64,000 nt of DNA from positions 37,695-101,694 of IMG/VR virus record IMGVR_UViG_3300046048_000227, one strand, 5' to 3'. The notes beneath the pieces were generated by a model that saw only the letters and a program-made list of their open reading frames with translations, was not told the origin of the DNA and did not search any database. Of this stretch, positions 27,730 through 37,909 are shown one piece after another (the stretch's first letter is position 1; every line of letters begins with the position of its first letter). A program made the position numbers and the translations under genes. The stretch is from a virus.

Positions 27730-28883
27730 TAGCTCATACTCCCTACTGAATATCCTAATCTTGTCATCAAGAAATCAAATGCCGCTGCTTTAGTTCCTAG
27801 TGTGATAGAAATAGCACCAGAACCTATATTGTAGCTAGTGGAAAACACGATACCTTGAGCTACCGCCCTTCCTGGATTATCAGAATCTCCAAAATCTACT
27901 GCTGTATCAACACTGTCTACCCTAACTACTTGTCCTGCTCTCATAAGATGTTCTTTTCTTCCTCCTTTTCCTTTTATATAACCAGTTTGCCTGTTAATGT
28001 TGAGCGTAAAAGATTGTTCAGGTTTAGCATATCTTGTCAATAACATTTGTGCTACTAAAATAGCCAAGTTAGAAGTACTTTCTCCTAAAGAGTAAGAACC
28101 TTCTACTAAACCGTACAAATCTTGACTTTCTAAGTCTGAGTACCAAGCACTAAAATCCGCTCCATCTAAGTCTGGGTCATCGTACAATACTTGTATCTTA
28201 TTAAATATATTATCTATAGATAAAGTAGTTGCTACTGCTCCGTTTGTTCCAGGAACTACCCAAGCAATATAGTCTGGATCATCTGTATCTACATCAGTCT
28301 CGCTAGATAAATGACAAACCCTATCATCCCACACTTGAAAGTGCATACGCTTTGGTGGACTATCGTCATTGCCAAACTTCAAAACTTCTTCTATAGCGTC
28401 CTTTAATTTTTTTTCTCCAGTAAAATCAAGAGGTGTTATGTCTGTTATTGTGTTTTCCACAAATGCTTTTGATGTATCCCATGTATTTCCAACATCTATT
28501 ACGTCTTCTATAACATCAGATATACTCGTTGGTGTTGACGTAGGATATACCAAACCAAAATGTAAATCTTTAGCTTGACTGTAAAAACCAACAAAAAACA
28601 TTTTTATCCCTTTGCCTCCCACTTCACATTTTGTTATCTTTCCTTCAAATACTCTATTCCCTAATTCATCATAGACAACTCCTTTTTTCCCTAAAACCTT
28701 GCTATATACAATTCTAGCAAGCGTAGGAGGAAGGTACACCTCCATAAATGCAGTTTTATAGCCGCCATCTATACTAGTACTATACGTTCCATTATCCACT
28801 GGATAAGTAAATAGAACATTTGCATCTATATCAAAATTATCCAAAGGATTTTTAGCAATATGTAGTGTAAACCTACTAGACAT
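27729..28883 (-). CDS. tail tip / baseplate hub (Tal-like)
   Basis: Synteny TMP-Dit-hub; ESQDLYG, RAGQVVRV. Confidence 0.6.
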   Translation of the reverse strand: MSSRFTLHIAKNPLDNFDIDANVLFTYPVDNGTYSTSIDGGYKTAFMEVYLPPTLARIVYSKVLGKKGVVYDELGNRVFEGKITKCEVGGKGIKMFFVGFYSQAKDLHFGLVYPTSTPTSISDVIEDVIDVGNTWDTSKAFVENTITDITPLDFTGEKKLKDAIEEVLKFGNDDSPPKRMHFQVWDDRVCHLSSETDVDTDDPDYIAWVVPGTNGAVATTLSIDNIFNKIQVLYDDPDLDGADFSAWYSDLESQDLYGLVEGSYSLGESTSNLAILVAQMLLTRYAKPEQSFTLNINRQTGYIKGKGGRKEHLMRAGQVVRVDSVDTAVDFGDSDNPGRAVAQGIVFSTSYNIGSGAISITLGTKAAAFDFLMTRLGYSVGSMS

Positions 28884-30346
28884 TAAAACCCTCCGTAAGT
28901 AATGGAAGTAGGAACAGTATAGACTGAAACAGCAGCATCAATGGAACTAACATATTCTAGTCCTCCGTAAGTTGGCACTACTCCACCCAAGAATAAAAAT
29001 TTAATAATAAACGGAGTGTTAGAAGGCACCCAAAGTGGATTATGTAAAGCTTGCACCATAGCTGCTGTATCAAAATAATCTGAGCCTCCAAGACTCCCTC
29101 TAAAAGCATCATCCCACATATCACTAGTGTACAATAATGGATCACCAGTAAACTCATAAACTCTATATCCTAAATCTTGTGGTATAAAGTATAAAGCATC
29201 AAACTCTACTTGAGTACTAACCCCATCTGTAGTCCAAAAGTAGAGCCAAGGAGTAGGTCTTTCTGTGCTAATAGAAGTCATGTATGGGTCAGCAGTATTA
29301 GGGTTGTAGAAACTTCCTAAGTCCAGCGTGTACAACTCACTTATATTAGAAGGTTTGTAAGAGATAGGCCCAAAATCACTTACACTTTGTGTGTACCCCA
29401 AGCGCAGTTGGCACTTTATGTTATCTGGAACACTGCTTCTAAAAATAGCAAACACTCTAAAAATTCCTTTAGCTGGAAGGTTAGTTTCCCACCTAGCAAA
29501 AGCAGACCTATTATCTGTTGTTGCTACGTTAAAACGCTTATACTGGTCACTAGAAGAAAAACCAGTATTGGTTTGTGTAGATTCGCTAGTTACACCTGAC
29601 CAAAGAGAGGCAGACTCTCCTTCTTTAACATACCTTGCACTATTATAAGTACCATCTTGTTTTCCAATACCTACTATAAGTCTTGTAGTTGCTCCCCCAT
29701 TAGGACTAACAGATATGTAAAGCGGATTTAGATAATCTCCTTTTGGTAAACTTGTAGTTATACTAAGTCCATTATCATCAGAACCATCAATCTGATTTTC
29801 TATAGTTCCTCCGCCTACTAACGAATAAATACTTATCCTATTTAAATTTGTAGGGTCAACCCCGTAAAAAAATGGTTTACAAGTAAGAGTAAGTACAACA
29901 TCCCTTAGATAGTATGTGCCTGTAGTTGCATTAAATTGGGATATTTGGGCAGCAGAAAAAGCATTTCCTGGTAATTGTACTCTCCCAGACAACACCCACA
30001 GATAGTGTGTATTTGTCTCAGCACCTATTTTTACAGCAAGACTAGCTACTTCTCCGCTACCATGAGAAACATAATATGTCCAAGCTTGTGAACATGCTTT
30101 ATCTATGGCTGCTAAGTTAGCTATTAAATCATCTTCATTTTCTCCGTAAACACTAAATCTTATCACCACTGTTCTGTTAGATAAAGTTTTGTTTTCTGGT
30201 ACTTCTCCTTCTGGTGTAGAAATATACTCTTCCTTAATGTTAGGTGAGTTTATTTGTAAGCCTCCATCAGCTAACTCATAGTTAGTACCTGAAATAAAAT
30301 CTAAGTTGCCTCCAGAAGCTGTACGTAAATATAGTGTTGTTGCCAT
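28883..30346 (-). CDS. distal tail protein (Dit) with inserted domain
   Basis: Directly after the TMP; LTLTCKPFFYG Dit-type motif; 487 aa implies an insertion. Confidence 0.65.
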   Translation of the reverse strand: MATTLYLRTASGGNLDFISGTNYELADGGLQINSPNIKEEYISTPEGEVPENKTLSNRTVVIRFSVYGENEDDLIANLAAIDKACSQAWTYYVSHGSGEVASLAVKIGAETNTHYLWVLSGRVQLPGNAFSAAQISQFNATTGTYYLRDVVLTLTCKPFFYGVDPTNLNRISIYSLVGGGTIENQIDGSDDNGLSITTSLPKGDYLNPLYISVSPNGGATTRLIVGIGKQDGTYNSARYVKEGESASLWSGVTSESTQTNTGFSSSDQYKRFNVATTDNRSAFARWETNLPAKGIFRVFAIFRSSVPDNIKCQLRLGYTQSVSDFGPISYKPSNISELYTLDLGSFYNPNTADPYMTSISTERPTPWLYFWTTDGVSTQVEFDALYFIPQDLGYRVYEFTGDPLLYTSDMWDDAFRGSLGGSDYFDTAAMVQALHNPLWVPSNTPFIIKFLFLGGVVPTYGGLEYVSSIDAAVSVYTVPTSITYGGF

Positions 30347-30357
30347 CTAATTTCTCC

Positions 30358-33300
30358 TTATCTGTACCCTACTCCAAAAGCCATTCCATTATTTATGGAC
30401 TCTTCTACTTTCCTTATAACTTCTTCTGCTAACCTATCAGCAGTCTCTGCACTGTCTACTGATCCAATCTCAAATGTTAGATTTACCTGCATTCCTCCAC
30501 CGCCCATACCATCTGCACCCGCATAACTATTTATTCTATTAAGTAAAGAAGGTAACTTGCTTAGTGGTATGATCGCTTCAGGTACTTCACCAACTATAGC
30601 ACGCATACGGGAAGTAACAATACCGCCAGTAGCAAACTCAGCGTCTCCTCCTCCACTGTTGTCTTCAGTTGTATCGCCATCACCACTCCAAGGCAACTTT
30701 ATCTTTGGCATTTTAGGAGGATTATTAACAAAATTAAGGATTTTTTGAATAACATTTAATAATGGTTGTATAGCTTCTATAGCTTTTTCTACCAAACCTT
30801 CGAATGCGCCAACTACTGCACTTACTCCACCATCAATACCATCCTTAATAGCTGTTAGCCAACCTTCTGCCCACTCAAAAAAACTAGTTTTTAAACCCTC
30901 TGCCCAAACTCTAAAGTTCTCTTTTATAGTATCTATACTAATTCCTATTGCTGTTTTTATTTCTTCCCACTTAGTAGAAAAACCTTCTTTAACGGTTTCC
31001 ATAAACACATCAAAATCGCTTATTCTCTCTGCTATCCACTCACCTATTTTGTTTGTAAGATTAAAAAAACCAGCAATGAATCTCAATCCTAAGCTAACAA
31101 AGAAAATTGTAATCTTTGTTTTAATTGACTCTATCCAAGCGTCCCACTTAGCCTTAGATTCATCTGCAAACATAGTAATTCTTGCTAATAGCGTAGCAAA
31201 ACCAGTAATGAAGGCTTCTCTTACTTCCCCTAAAATCCTAGGAGCAGATTCTTTTAAGTAATCCCACAAAGCTCCTAAGAAAGCAATAGCGTTGTTCCTA
31301 AAGGTAAGAATATTAGCTAGGATGTACTCCCACATAATACCCCAAATAGCTTTTAACTTCTCTCCAAAGGACAAGTTATCGTCAAGCAGGATAGCAAGAT
31401 AGTCCATTATGAAAGAAATAGCGTGTAAAACATAGTCAACAAACATACTAAACAAAAATACAAAACCGCCAATAAACATAACTGCTATATTAGCCAACCA
31501 ACCAAGAACAACACCTAACATTAAGAAGAACGCTCCTAGCTTTCTCATAGCAGAGCTTTCTTTAAACTTGCTTTTAAGATTATCCCAAGACTCTCCTAAC
31601 TTGTCTACAGCAGGTGCCACGGCTTTTTTAAAACCTTCCCAGATTATTTGAAGACCTTTTAGAGCAGGCCCAAAAACTAGAGTAAGCACTAATCCTATCC
31701 CTTTAAAGACTCTTTCAACACTTTCCCAAGCCTCTATTGCTCCTGGTGGAAGTTCTACCCCACCGCCAAACACATTAGATATGGCGTCACTTAGATTACT
31801 CATTGTAGTAGTTATGTCTGTATACGTCTTATTAATCTTAAGACCTATCTCATTCATAGTGTAGAATAACTCTATGTCTTTTGGCTGAACTCCAGCATCC
31901 ATAGCTCTTTGCTGTCTTCTCTCACTAAGAGGAACATCAATCAACATTTCATCAGTAATAACAGCTTTAGTTGTTTCTCCTCTTAAACCAGCCATAAATG
32001 AATCCCAAAGACCCTCTTTGGATTTAATTCTTAGTTCTAGCTCAATAATAGGTGCTGCCATTTCTCCAAAAATATCTTCTGGCTCAGGTGGTTCGTCTCC
32101 TCCTAAACCACCAAACTCAAAATCGGTTTCTGCCATACCACCAATAGCACTAGCTAAATCTTCAAGAGTTTCTACTAGTTTACTTTGTATATCATCCTGC
32201 TTCTGCATAGCTTCTATCATAGCTCTTTGTGTTTCTAGCTGTTCTTCCGCTATAGTCTTTTGCTTTTCAAGTTCTTTTTCCTCTTTTGCTATAGCCTTAA
32301 GCTCATCATTACGAGCACGCATAGCGTCCCTGATCAAACTAACTCGTTCTTCAGCAGATTTCCCTGAGCCAGCTATATCGTCAATTTGTGAAGCATAAGA
32401 TTCTTGTGTATCAGTTCTTCTTTGTTCTAAAGCAAGTAATGCTTTTTCTATACCAAGCATAGTTAGCTCTAGCTTTATTAATTCTTTTACTTCTTCCTTA
32501 GCAGAGCGTAAATGCTTAACTATATCGTTAAGTACTTTCTCTGAAATTTTACCAGTCTCATTCCAAATAGATAGCAGTTTTGCTAAATTCTGTCTAGCCT
32601 GCAATAATAACTTATACTGTTTTTTGTCACCAAGGATTCCTACTAATTCAAATGTAGCAAAAATCTTTCCTATTGTGTCCCCTATCTTGGACAGTATAGA
32701 AAAGTCTGCGCTAGCCATACCCTTTAGGTATGTGTCCATTAAAGTTTCTCCCCATTTATCTATGTGGGAAAGAGGCCCAACATCAGGAGGTGAGTGACCT
32801 TCAAGGAAAGAAGCTATTAGGTTAGCTATCGCTGTAAGAGCTTTAGCTATAAATTTTACTGCTCCAGATATTAGTCCATTAGCTATGTTGGCAGATAAGC
32901 TTTCTCCCCAAGCAGTGGCTTTCATTGCTAATCCTCTAAAGAACCCAGAAACATCTTTTCCCATATTCTCTAGAACTTTAAGTATACCACCAGCAGCTAC
33001 AGCTAAAACTCCAACTAAGGCAAGTATCCAAACATTTAAACTTGCCAGACCAACAAGGACAGTTCCTATAGCCTGTCCAGCACCATACAGCACACCCACG
33101 AACTTAATCAAACCCAACCCAACCATAGTTAGACCAAAAAATATCTGAGAGAACAAGAACAGCAATGGCCCTATAGCTACAACAGCAGCAGTTATCCCTG
33201 CTGCCATGTATATTAGTTGAGGATTAGTAGCAGCAGTTACTTTTATAAACTCAACTATTCTTCTAGCAGCAGGGATTAGCAACTCTATAAAGTCATTTAG

Positions 33301-34563
33301 TATAGGAAGAAGAGTGTCTCCAAGTTCTATTGCTATGTCAGTTACGTTATTTTTCATAATAGACATATGACTTTGTGTAGACTCCAACTGTCTATTATAC
33401 TCTTTAACTAAGGATGAAGCTTCCTCCCACTCCATTCTAGCAATATTCATTGCTTCACCCAAGTTTGCGTGACCAGCAGCTAAAGCACCAAGAGCACGAC
33501 CACCACGTAGACCTACAAGATCGAAAGCAGCAGCAAGCTTACCAGCCCTATCATCTGTGTTGCCCATCATCTCAATTAAATCTTGCAATACCTGTACAGC
33601 ATCTTCGTTAATAGCATTAGTAACATCTGAAGCTTCTGCGTATTTTTCTGTACCAGCAGCAAGCTTAGCAAATTCTTCTGTATTCTGAGTTAGCTTAACG
33701 TACATAGTACCAAGTCTTGTACCAGAAGATTCAGCACTAACACCTACAGAGATAAGAGCAGCAGCTAGTGCAGCAGCGTCAGCAGCAGCTATGTTTAGTT
33801 GGTTAGCAATAGGAGCAAACCTAAACAAAGCATCTGCTATTTCTCCAGCAGTTGCCGCTGTATTATTTTCTAGCTCATTTAGTACGTTGGAAAGTCTTAT
33901 TATATTATCTGCGCTTTCGTCAATGTTCCAACCAAAAGCTACAGCAATTTTACCCATAGTCTTCACTACTTCGTCAGCAGTAATGTTAGTAGAAGACGCA
34001 AGTATTTCCATCCACCTAACAAACGTAGTAATACCTTTAGCAGACTTAATACCTAGCTGACCTGCTTGCTCAGCCATCATACCTAATTGGGTGTGACTTG
34101 TTGGAGCTTGCCTTGCTATTTCTCTAAGTCCTGCTGTCAATGTTTTCAGGTCATTGCCAGACTTAGCATAGTTTGGAAGATCAGTAACCTTAGCTACTTT
34201 AACCATCTGTTCTTCAAAATCTACAGCAGCTTGAAAACCTTGACGCAAAAACATAGCCAGAGGAAGGCTTATAAAGAAAGTAAGAGCACGACCAGCAGAC
34301 ATTAAACCTTGGGTAACAAGTCTAAAACCATCTACAAATCTTTGCGCTGTACCTAAAACCCCCTTTATGACAGCACCAAGCCCACCAAAACCTTTGCTGC
34401 CGGCCATTATGCCAGTAGCAGCACCAGTTTGCCTGCTTGTGCTGCCTATTTTTCTAGTAAGCTCGTTTAATCTGCCATTTAAAGTATTAATGGCAGCAAC
34501 AGCACCTTTGGCGTCTCCGCCGAAAACTAGAACAGCGTTTAGTTGATTACCACCAGCAGCCAC
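30358..34563 (-). CDS. tape measure protein (TP901-like)
   Basis: AAVDFEEQMVKVAKV, AGQLGI, Trp/Phe-periodic helical repeats, FATGGIV...GE.PEAIIPL C-terminus. Confidence 0.92.
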   Translation of the reverse strand: MAAGGNQLNAVLVFGGDAKGAVAAINTLNGRLNELTRKIGSTSRQTGAATGIMAGSKGFGGLGAVIKGVLGTAQRFVDGFRLVTQGLMSAGRALTFFISLPLAMFLRQGFQAAVDFEEQMVKVAKVTDLPNYAKSGNDLKTLTAGLREIARQAPTSHTQLGMMAEQAGQLGIKSAKGITTFVRWMEILASSTNITADEVVKTMGKIAVAFGWNIDESADNIIRLSNVLNELENNTAATAGEIADALFRFAPIANQLNIAAADAAALAAALISVGVSAESSGTRLGTMYVKLTQNTEEFAKLAAGTEKYAEASDVTNAINEDAVQVLQDLIEMMGNTDDRAGKLAAAFDLVGLRGGRALGALAAGHANLGEAMNIARMEWEEASSLVKEYNRQLESTQSHMSIMKNNVTDIAIELGDTLLPILNDFIELLIPAARRIVEFIKVTAATNPQLIYMAAGITAAVVAIGPLLFLFSQIFFGLTMVGLGLIKFVGVLYGAGQAIGTVLVGLASLNVWILALVGVLAVAAGGILKVLENMGKDVSGFFRGLAMKATAWGESLSANIANGLISGAVKFIAKALTAIANLIASFLEGHSPPDVGPLSHIDKWGETLMDTYLKGMASADFSILSKIGDTIGKIFATFELVGILGDKKQYKLLLQARQNLAKLLSIWNETGKISEKVLNDIVKHLRSAKEEVKELIKLELTMLGIEKALLALEQRRTDTQESYASQIDDIAGSGKSAEERVSLIRDAMRARNDELKAIAKEEKELEKQKTIAEEQLETQRAMIEAMQKQDDIQSKLVETLEDLASAIGGMAETDFEFGGLGGDEPPEPEDIFGEMAAPIIELELRIKSKEGLWDSFMAGLRGETTKAVITDEMLIDVPLSERRQQRAMDAGVQPKDIELFYTMNEIGLKINKTYTDITTTMSNLSDAISNVFGGGVELPPGAIEAWESVERVFKGIGLVLTLVFGPALKGLQIIWEGFKKAVAPAVDKLGESWDNLKSKFKESSAMRKLGAFFLMLGVVLGWLANIAVMFIGGFVFLFSMFVDYVLHAISFIMDYLAILLDDNLSFGEKLKAIWGIMWEYILANILTFRNNAIAFLGALWDYLKESAPRILGEVREAFITGFATLLARITMFADESKAKWDAWIESIKTKITIFFVSLGLRFIAGFFNLTNKIGEWIAERISDFDVFMETVKEGFSTKWEEIKTAIGISIDTIKENFRVWAEGLKTSFFEWAEGWLTAIKDGIDGGVSAVVGAFEGLVEKAIEAIQPLLNVIQKILNFVNNPPKMPKIKLPWSGDGDTTEDNSGGGDAEFATGGIVTSRMRAIVGEVPEAIIPLSKLPSLLNRINSYAGADGMGGGGMQVNLTFEIGSVDSAETADRLAEEVIRKVEESINNGMAFGVGYR

Positions 34564-34991
34564 TATCGGTCTCTCCTAAGTACTTTGCTATCTTTAAACA
34601 AAGGATCATCTTTAGAATCACCTGGGTCTAAGAGAACAACTACTTCGCCTTCTTTTACTCCCATTCTCTTTAGTCTTTCTCTGTTGTACTTCCTAGAATT
34701 AATCCACGGAGTTAGACTATCTAACTGGGCATTAACACTCTTCTGATACTTCGTCATCTCTCTTCCGCCGCTCTTCGACATTGGAGACCTTGCTAGTGGC
34801 ATTAATGTTGCCAATAGTTTATAGTGTTCTTTCTTGTCTTCTTGTATGTACTTATACGTTTCGTCTAACCAGTCAGTACCAGACTGTAGGATATGATCTA
34901 AAATTTGATCATATGTCCAACCGTATGCTGCGCTTATTGCGTGGAGGATTCTTCCTCTTCCTCCTTCTCTGAGCTTTGAGAGGAGAAAAAA
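34563..34991 (-). CDS. tail assembly chaperone T segment, reached by -1 frameshift
   Basis: The -1 frame is open from the slippery site TTTTTTC (34991-34985) to 34563: FLLSKLREGGRGRILHAISAAYGWTYDQIL... Confidence 0.75.
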   Translation of the reverse strand, partial: FFLLSKLREGGRGRILHAISAAYGWTYDQILDHILQSGTDWLDETYKYIQEDKKEHYKLLATLMPLARSPMSKSGGREMTKYQKSVNAQLDSLTPWINSRKYNRERLKRMGVKEGEVVVLLDPGDSKDDPLFKDSKVLRRDR

Positions 34992-35335
34992 CGCTGTACA
35001 ACACTCCTAATTCCTGGTTGGTTATCCCAAAGAATAGTAATAGACTCAATCAAAATTCCTATATCAAAATACTCTTTTGATACTTTTTGTGTACAACCAA
35101 TAACAACGGAAAACAAAGATAGCAAAGCTTCTGGTTCAAGGTTCTCAAACAGCTTTGCAAACATATCTAAGTATGATCGTTCTCCCTCTTCTTCAACATC
35201 TAGGGTACTGATAACTGGCATACCATATTCTGTTAACCATTTTCCTACTTGGATTACCTGCGCAGCTTGGTCGTACCCTCTTTTAACAAGCTCATACTCT
35301 TTACCACCTACCTCAACAATATGTTCGTCTAACAT
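34934..35335 (-). CDS. tail assembly chaperone G
   Basis: Between major tail protein and TMP; slippery heptamer near its 3' end. Confidence 0.8.
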   Translation of the reverse strand: MLDEHIVEVGGKEYELVKRGYDQAAQVIQVGKWLTEYGMPVISTLDVEEEGERSYLDMFAKLFENLEPEALLSLFSVVIGCTQKVSKEYFDIGILIESITILWDNQPGIRSVVQRFFSSQSSEKEEEEESSTQ

Positions 35336-35424
35336 ACTCTCCTCCTAATTTAAAAATAGCCCAGACCCGTACCACACCGATCTGGGCTTTGTAATCTGGT
35401 AACAACATACTAGCAGTACTACCT

Positions 35425-35844
35425 TTACGGAGCAGTACGTGATAGTGTTGAGTCACCCTCAAAGTCAACGGACAACATGGCAAAGTCATCTGTAGTTACG
35501 CTGTGATCAACAGACGTTAGAACTGCCTGTCCTTCCCAGTAACGTGTAAGGTCACTTCTTGTTGTGTAGAAGCGAAGCAGAATGATATCACCAGCAACAA
35601 CTGTATCAAAAATGCTGTCGTCAGTGTCGTCATAGTAACCTGCAAGTGAACCGCTCCAACTCATCCATGTTCTAGCCTTTCCTACCCAAGCATCTGAAAT
35701 GCTTGCTACGAAAGGTCGGTGTTCCGCTACGTCAACAGCTACATTAATAGAAAACTCGTTCCTCTCAGAAAATGCTGTCCACGACGGCGTAGTTAAATCT
35801 GTTGAATAATCAATACGGGCATCAATGCCTACTAAAGCACTCAT
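35425..35844 (-). CDS. major tail (tube) protein
   Basis: WSGSLAGYYD, YWEGQAVLTS, SVDFEGD, TP901-like tube pattern; synteny. Confidence 0.8.
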   Translation of the reverse strand: MSALVGIDARIDYSTDLTTPSWTAFSERNEFSINVAVDVAEHRPFVASISDAWVGKARTWMSWSGSLAGYYDDTDDSIFDTVVAGDIILLRFYTTRSDLTRYWEGQAVLTSVDHSVTTDDFAMLSVDFEGDSTLSRTAP

Positions 35845-35964
35845 GGTGTTCCTCCTAGTTTATGATAGCACCTCCTTCTCACCAGGAAGTGAAGACTAAT
35901 GTTTGTTTTTAAGCTCTTCGTACTACTATACTCATAATCTACAATTGGTACTTTAAAAGATACG

Positions 35965-36414
35965 TTAAGCTTTGTCCCAAAACTCAACTGCAAATGATAT
36001 TAACTTCCACGGCTGATCACTTATATATACTTCTTCTGGTATATCTATAGATGTAATCTTGGCATAATCAACAGTACCGCCTAGTCTAGGATCGTCGTCA
36101 AATAAACCTTTAAGTACTTCTATAGCCTCTTCTGTTTCATTCTCTATCTCTTCTGCGTCACCCTCATATCTAGCTAAAAGGGTACAGTAAACAGACCATA
36201 TCCAAGTTCTACCTCTGTTAGAGCCTACTTGCAATGCTTCAGTTGCTGCTCTATTTCCTCCAGCAAACGACAGTACACAAGCATACTTAATCTTGTTCCT
36301 GGCTGCTACCTTCATAACTTTGTCTATAGATATTCCTGTTGCATCTGGAATAATATTAAAGGCAGCAGATATTTTTGCTGCAAGTGCTTTTCTTCCATCA
36401 ATATAGCGTCCCAT
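35965..36414 (-). CDS. tail terminator / completion protein
   Basis: DPRLGGTV motif; synteny. Confidence 0.55.
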   Translation of the reverse strand: MGRYIDGRKALAAKISAAFNIIPDATGISIDKVMKVAARNKIKYACVLSFAGGNRAATEALQVGSNRGRTWIWSVYCTLLARYEGDAEEIENETEEAIEVLKGLFDDDPRLGGTVDYAKITSIDIPEEVYISDQPWKLISFAVEFWDKA

Positions 36415-37175
36415 TATAGTACTCTCACTCTCTTGGAACCCCAAGACGTTCTCTGCCTAGACCCAGTTTTCATGTAATGTACCATTAACCTGTTAATCAT
36501 TGGCATCTGCGTCTGCGCCATAACAGAATACAATTTTTGTACCATCTTTTTTCTAACAACAGCGTATCCTACGTAGTCAAATCTTTTTTGATTTCCTGGG
36601 TACAAAGACTTGTGCCCTCGTGAAGTACCGTACTTTTTAATCGAACCAGATATAGCCCAAGCCAAATCGTCTAGTGGACTTCTACTAGGAGTACCAATAT
36701 GTGTGACTTGGTTTGGCCCAGATGCTAACTGATTAGGGTTTCTTTTCGGTGGCTTCCTTTTTAAAGCAAAACTGCTAAACCCTTTTGTCATAATCCATTC
36801 TTTTATATTATCAAGAGGAGGGTTTTTACCCTTCTTTCCTCTAGCTGCTGTACCAGTTCGAATAAACTGGTTAGCTGGAGTTTTTGTGCCTTCGTATACA
36901 GCGTGGGCAGGGCCGGCTAAACCAGAAGCTAGCTCAGCAACCTCTATATTTTTGGATGACATACCGGAAGCACCAACTCTAACTCCATCTACTATATTAC
37001 CAGGCCAAAGCAGCCAAGCTAGTCCAGTCATAGAACCAAACGCCATAAACTTAGTAGCTTGCCTAAGTATGTCCTCATTTACCATAGTAGCAAAAGTTTT
37101 AGGATCGTAAAGACCTTTTATCTCGTCTTGTGTCATCCTTACATTAAGTTTTAGTACTTCACCAGAAAAAGGCAT
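36414..37175 (-). CDS. neck / tail completion protein (HK97 gp10-like)
   Basis: Basic protein with GT...PPLDNIKEW...AWAI..SIKKYGT. Confidence 0.55.
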   Translation of the reverse strand: MPFSGEVLKLNVRMTQDEIKGLYDPKTFATMVNEDILRQATKFMAFGSMTGLAWLLWPGNIVDGVRVGASGMSSKNIEVAELASGLAGPAHAVYEGTKTPANQFIRTGTAARGKKGKNPPLDNIKEWIMTKGFSSFALKRKPPKRNPNQLASGPNQVTHIGTPSRSPLDDLAWAISGSIKKYGTSRGHKSLYPGNQKRFDYVGYAVVRKKMVQKLYSVMAQTQMPMINRLMVHYMKTGSRQRTSWGSKRVRVL

Positions 37176-37747
37176 TAACTAATCCTCACTTTTTCTCTCT
37201 TGAGAAGTCCTACCATAATTCTTTTTAGGTGAGATATTAAACCTATATTAAAAGAGGGTGATCTTTCTCCGCCTTCTTGTGTGGTTTCTGCTGGTACTCC
37301 CCAAATGATAGACCCATCTGCCCCTTGCCTTCCCTGATAATTAATAAGAGCTATCATCATGCTAATTGCCGCCATCCTAACACTAGTAGGAACAATAGAA
37401 GAGCCTGAAGTGTAGTCTAAAATAATGTTAGCTCTACCAGCAGTAAACACTCCACTAAGAAGTTGTATTTTGTGGGTGCCAACTATATAAGTAGAGGGGT
37501 CTACAACAGCACTATCTATCATCAAAGACTGCACTGACACAATTAAAGGTTTCTTTACCATAAGGGTGTCAGAACCATTCCCGTTATAATACTCATCTGT
37601 AATAACAGAGGTTGTTCCTAAGTACGGTGCGCCCATGTACTCACGAATAAGACCTTCTACTAGATCACTGTGGATTGCAAGTAGGTCTGATTCTTCTATA
37701 GGGTATAGAGCTTGAACATCTTCTTTTGTGCATAGTTCCCAAGCCAT
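37175..37747 (-). CDS. head-tail adaptor
   Basis: EYYNGNG...P.VSV...NIILDYTSG...VP.SVR.A pattern; follows the capsid gene. Confidence 0.7.
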   Translation of the reverse strand: MAWELCTKEDVQALYPIEESDLLAIHSDLVEGLIREYMGAPYLGTTSVITDEYYNGNGSDTLMVKKPLIVSVQSLMIDSAVVDPSTYIVGTHKIQLLSGVFTAGRANIILDYTSGSSIVPTSVRMAAISMMIALINYQGRQGADGSIIWGVPAETTQEGGERSPSFNIGLISHLKRIMVGLLKREKVRIS

Positions 37748-37807
37748 ATTCTTCTCCTAGTCTAAACTTATACTGCATATTCTACAATCGTTATTTGCTC
37801 TAAAAAG

Positions 37808-37843
37808 ACAAAGAGCACCAGTCGCGAAACTGGTGCCCTTGTG
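37808..37843 (-). terminator. hairpin/terminator downstream of the capsid gene
   Basis: ACAAAGAGCACCAGT-CGCGAA-ACTGGTGCCCTTGT with a U-run on the minus strand; a second dyad ATATACCCCCT/AGGGGGTATAT lies at about 37868-37895. Confidence 0.55.
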
Positions 37844-37909
37844 TGAGAAGAGGTAGTACCAATAGTAATATACCCCCTCGTAAAAGGGGGTATATAATTA
37901 AAGTTAATA

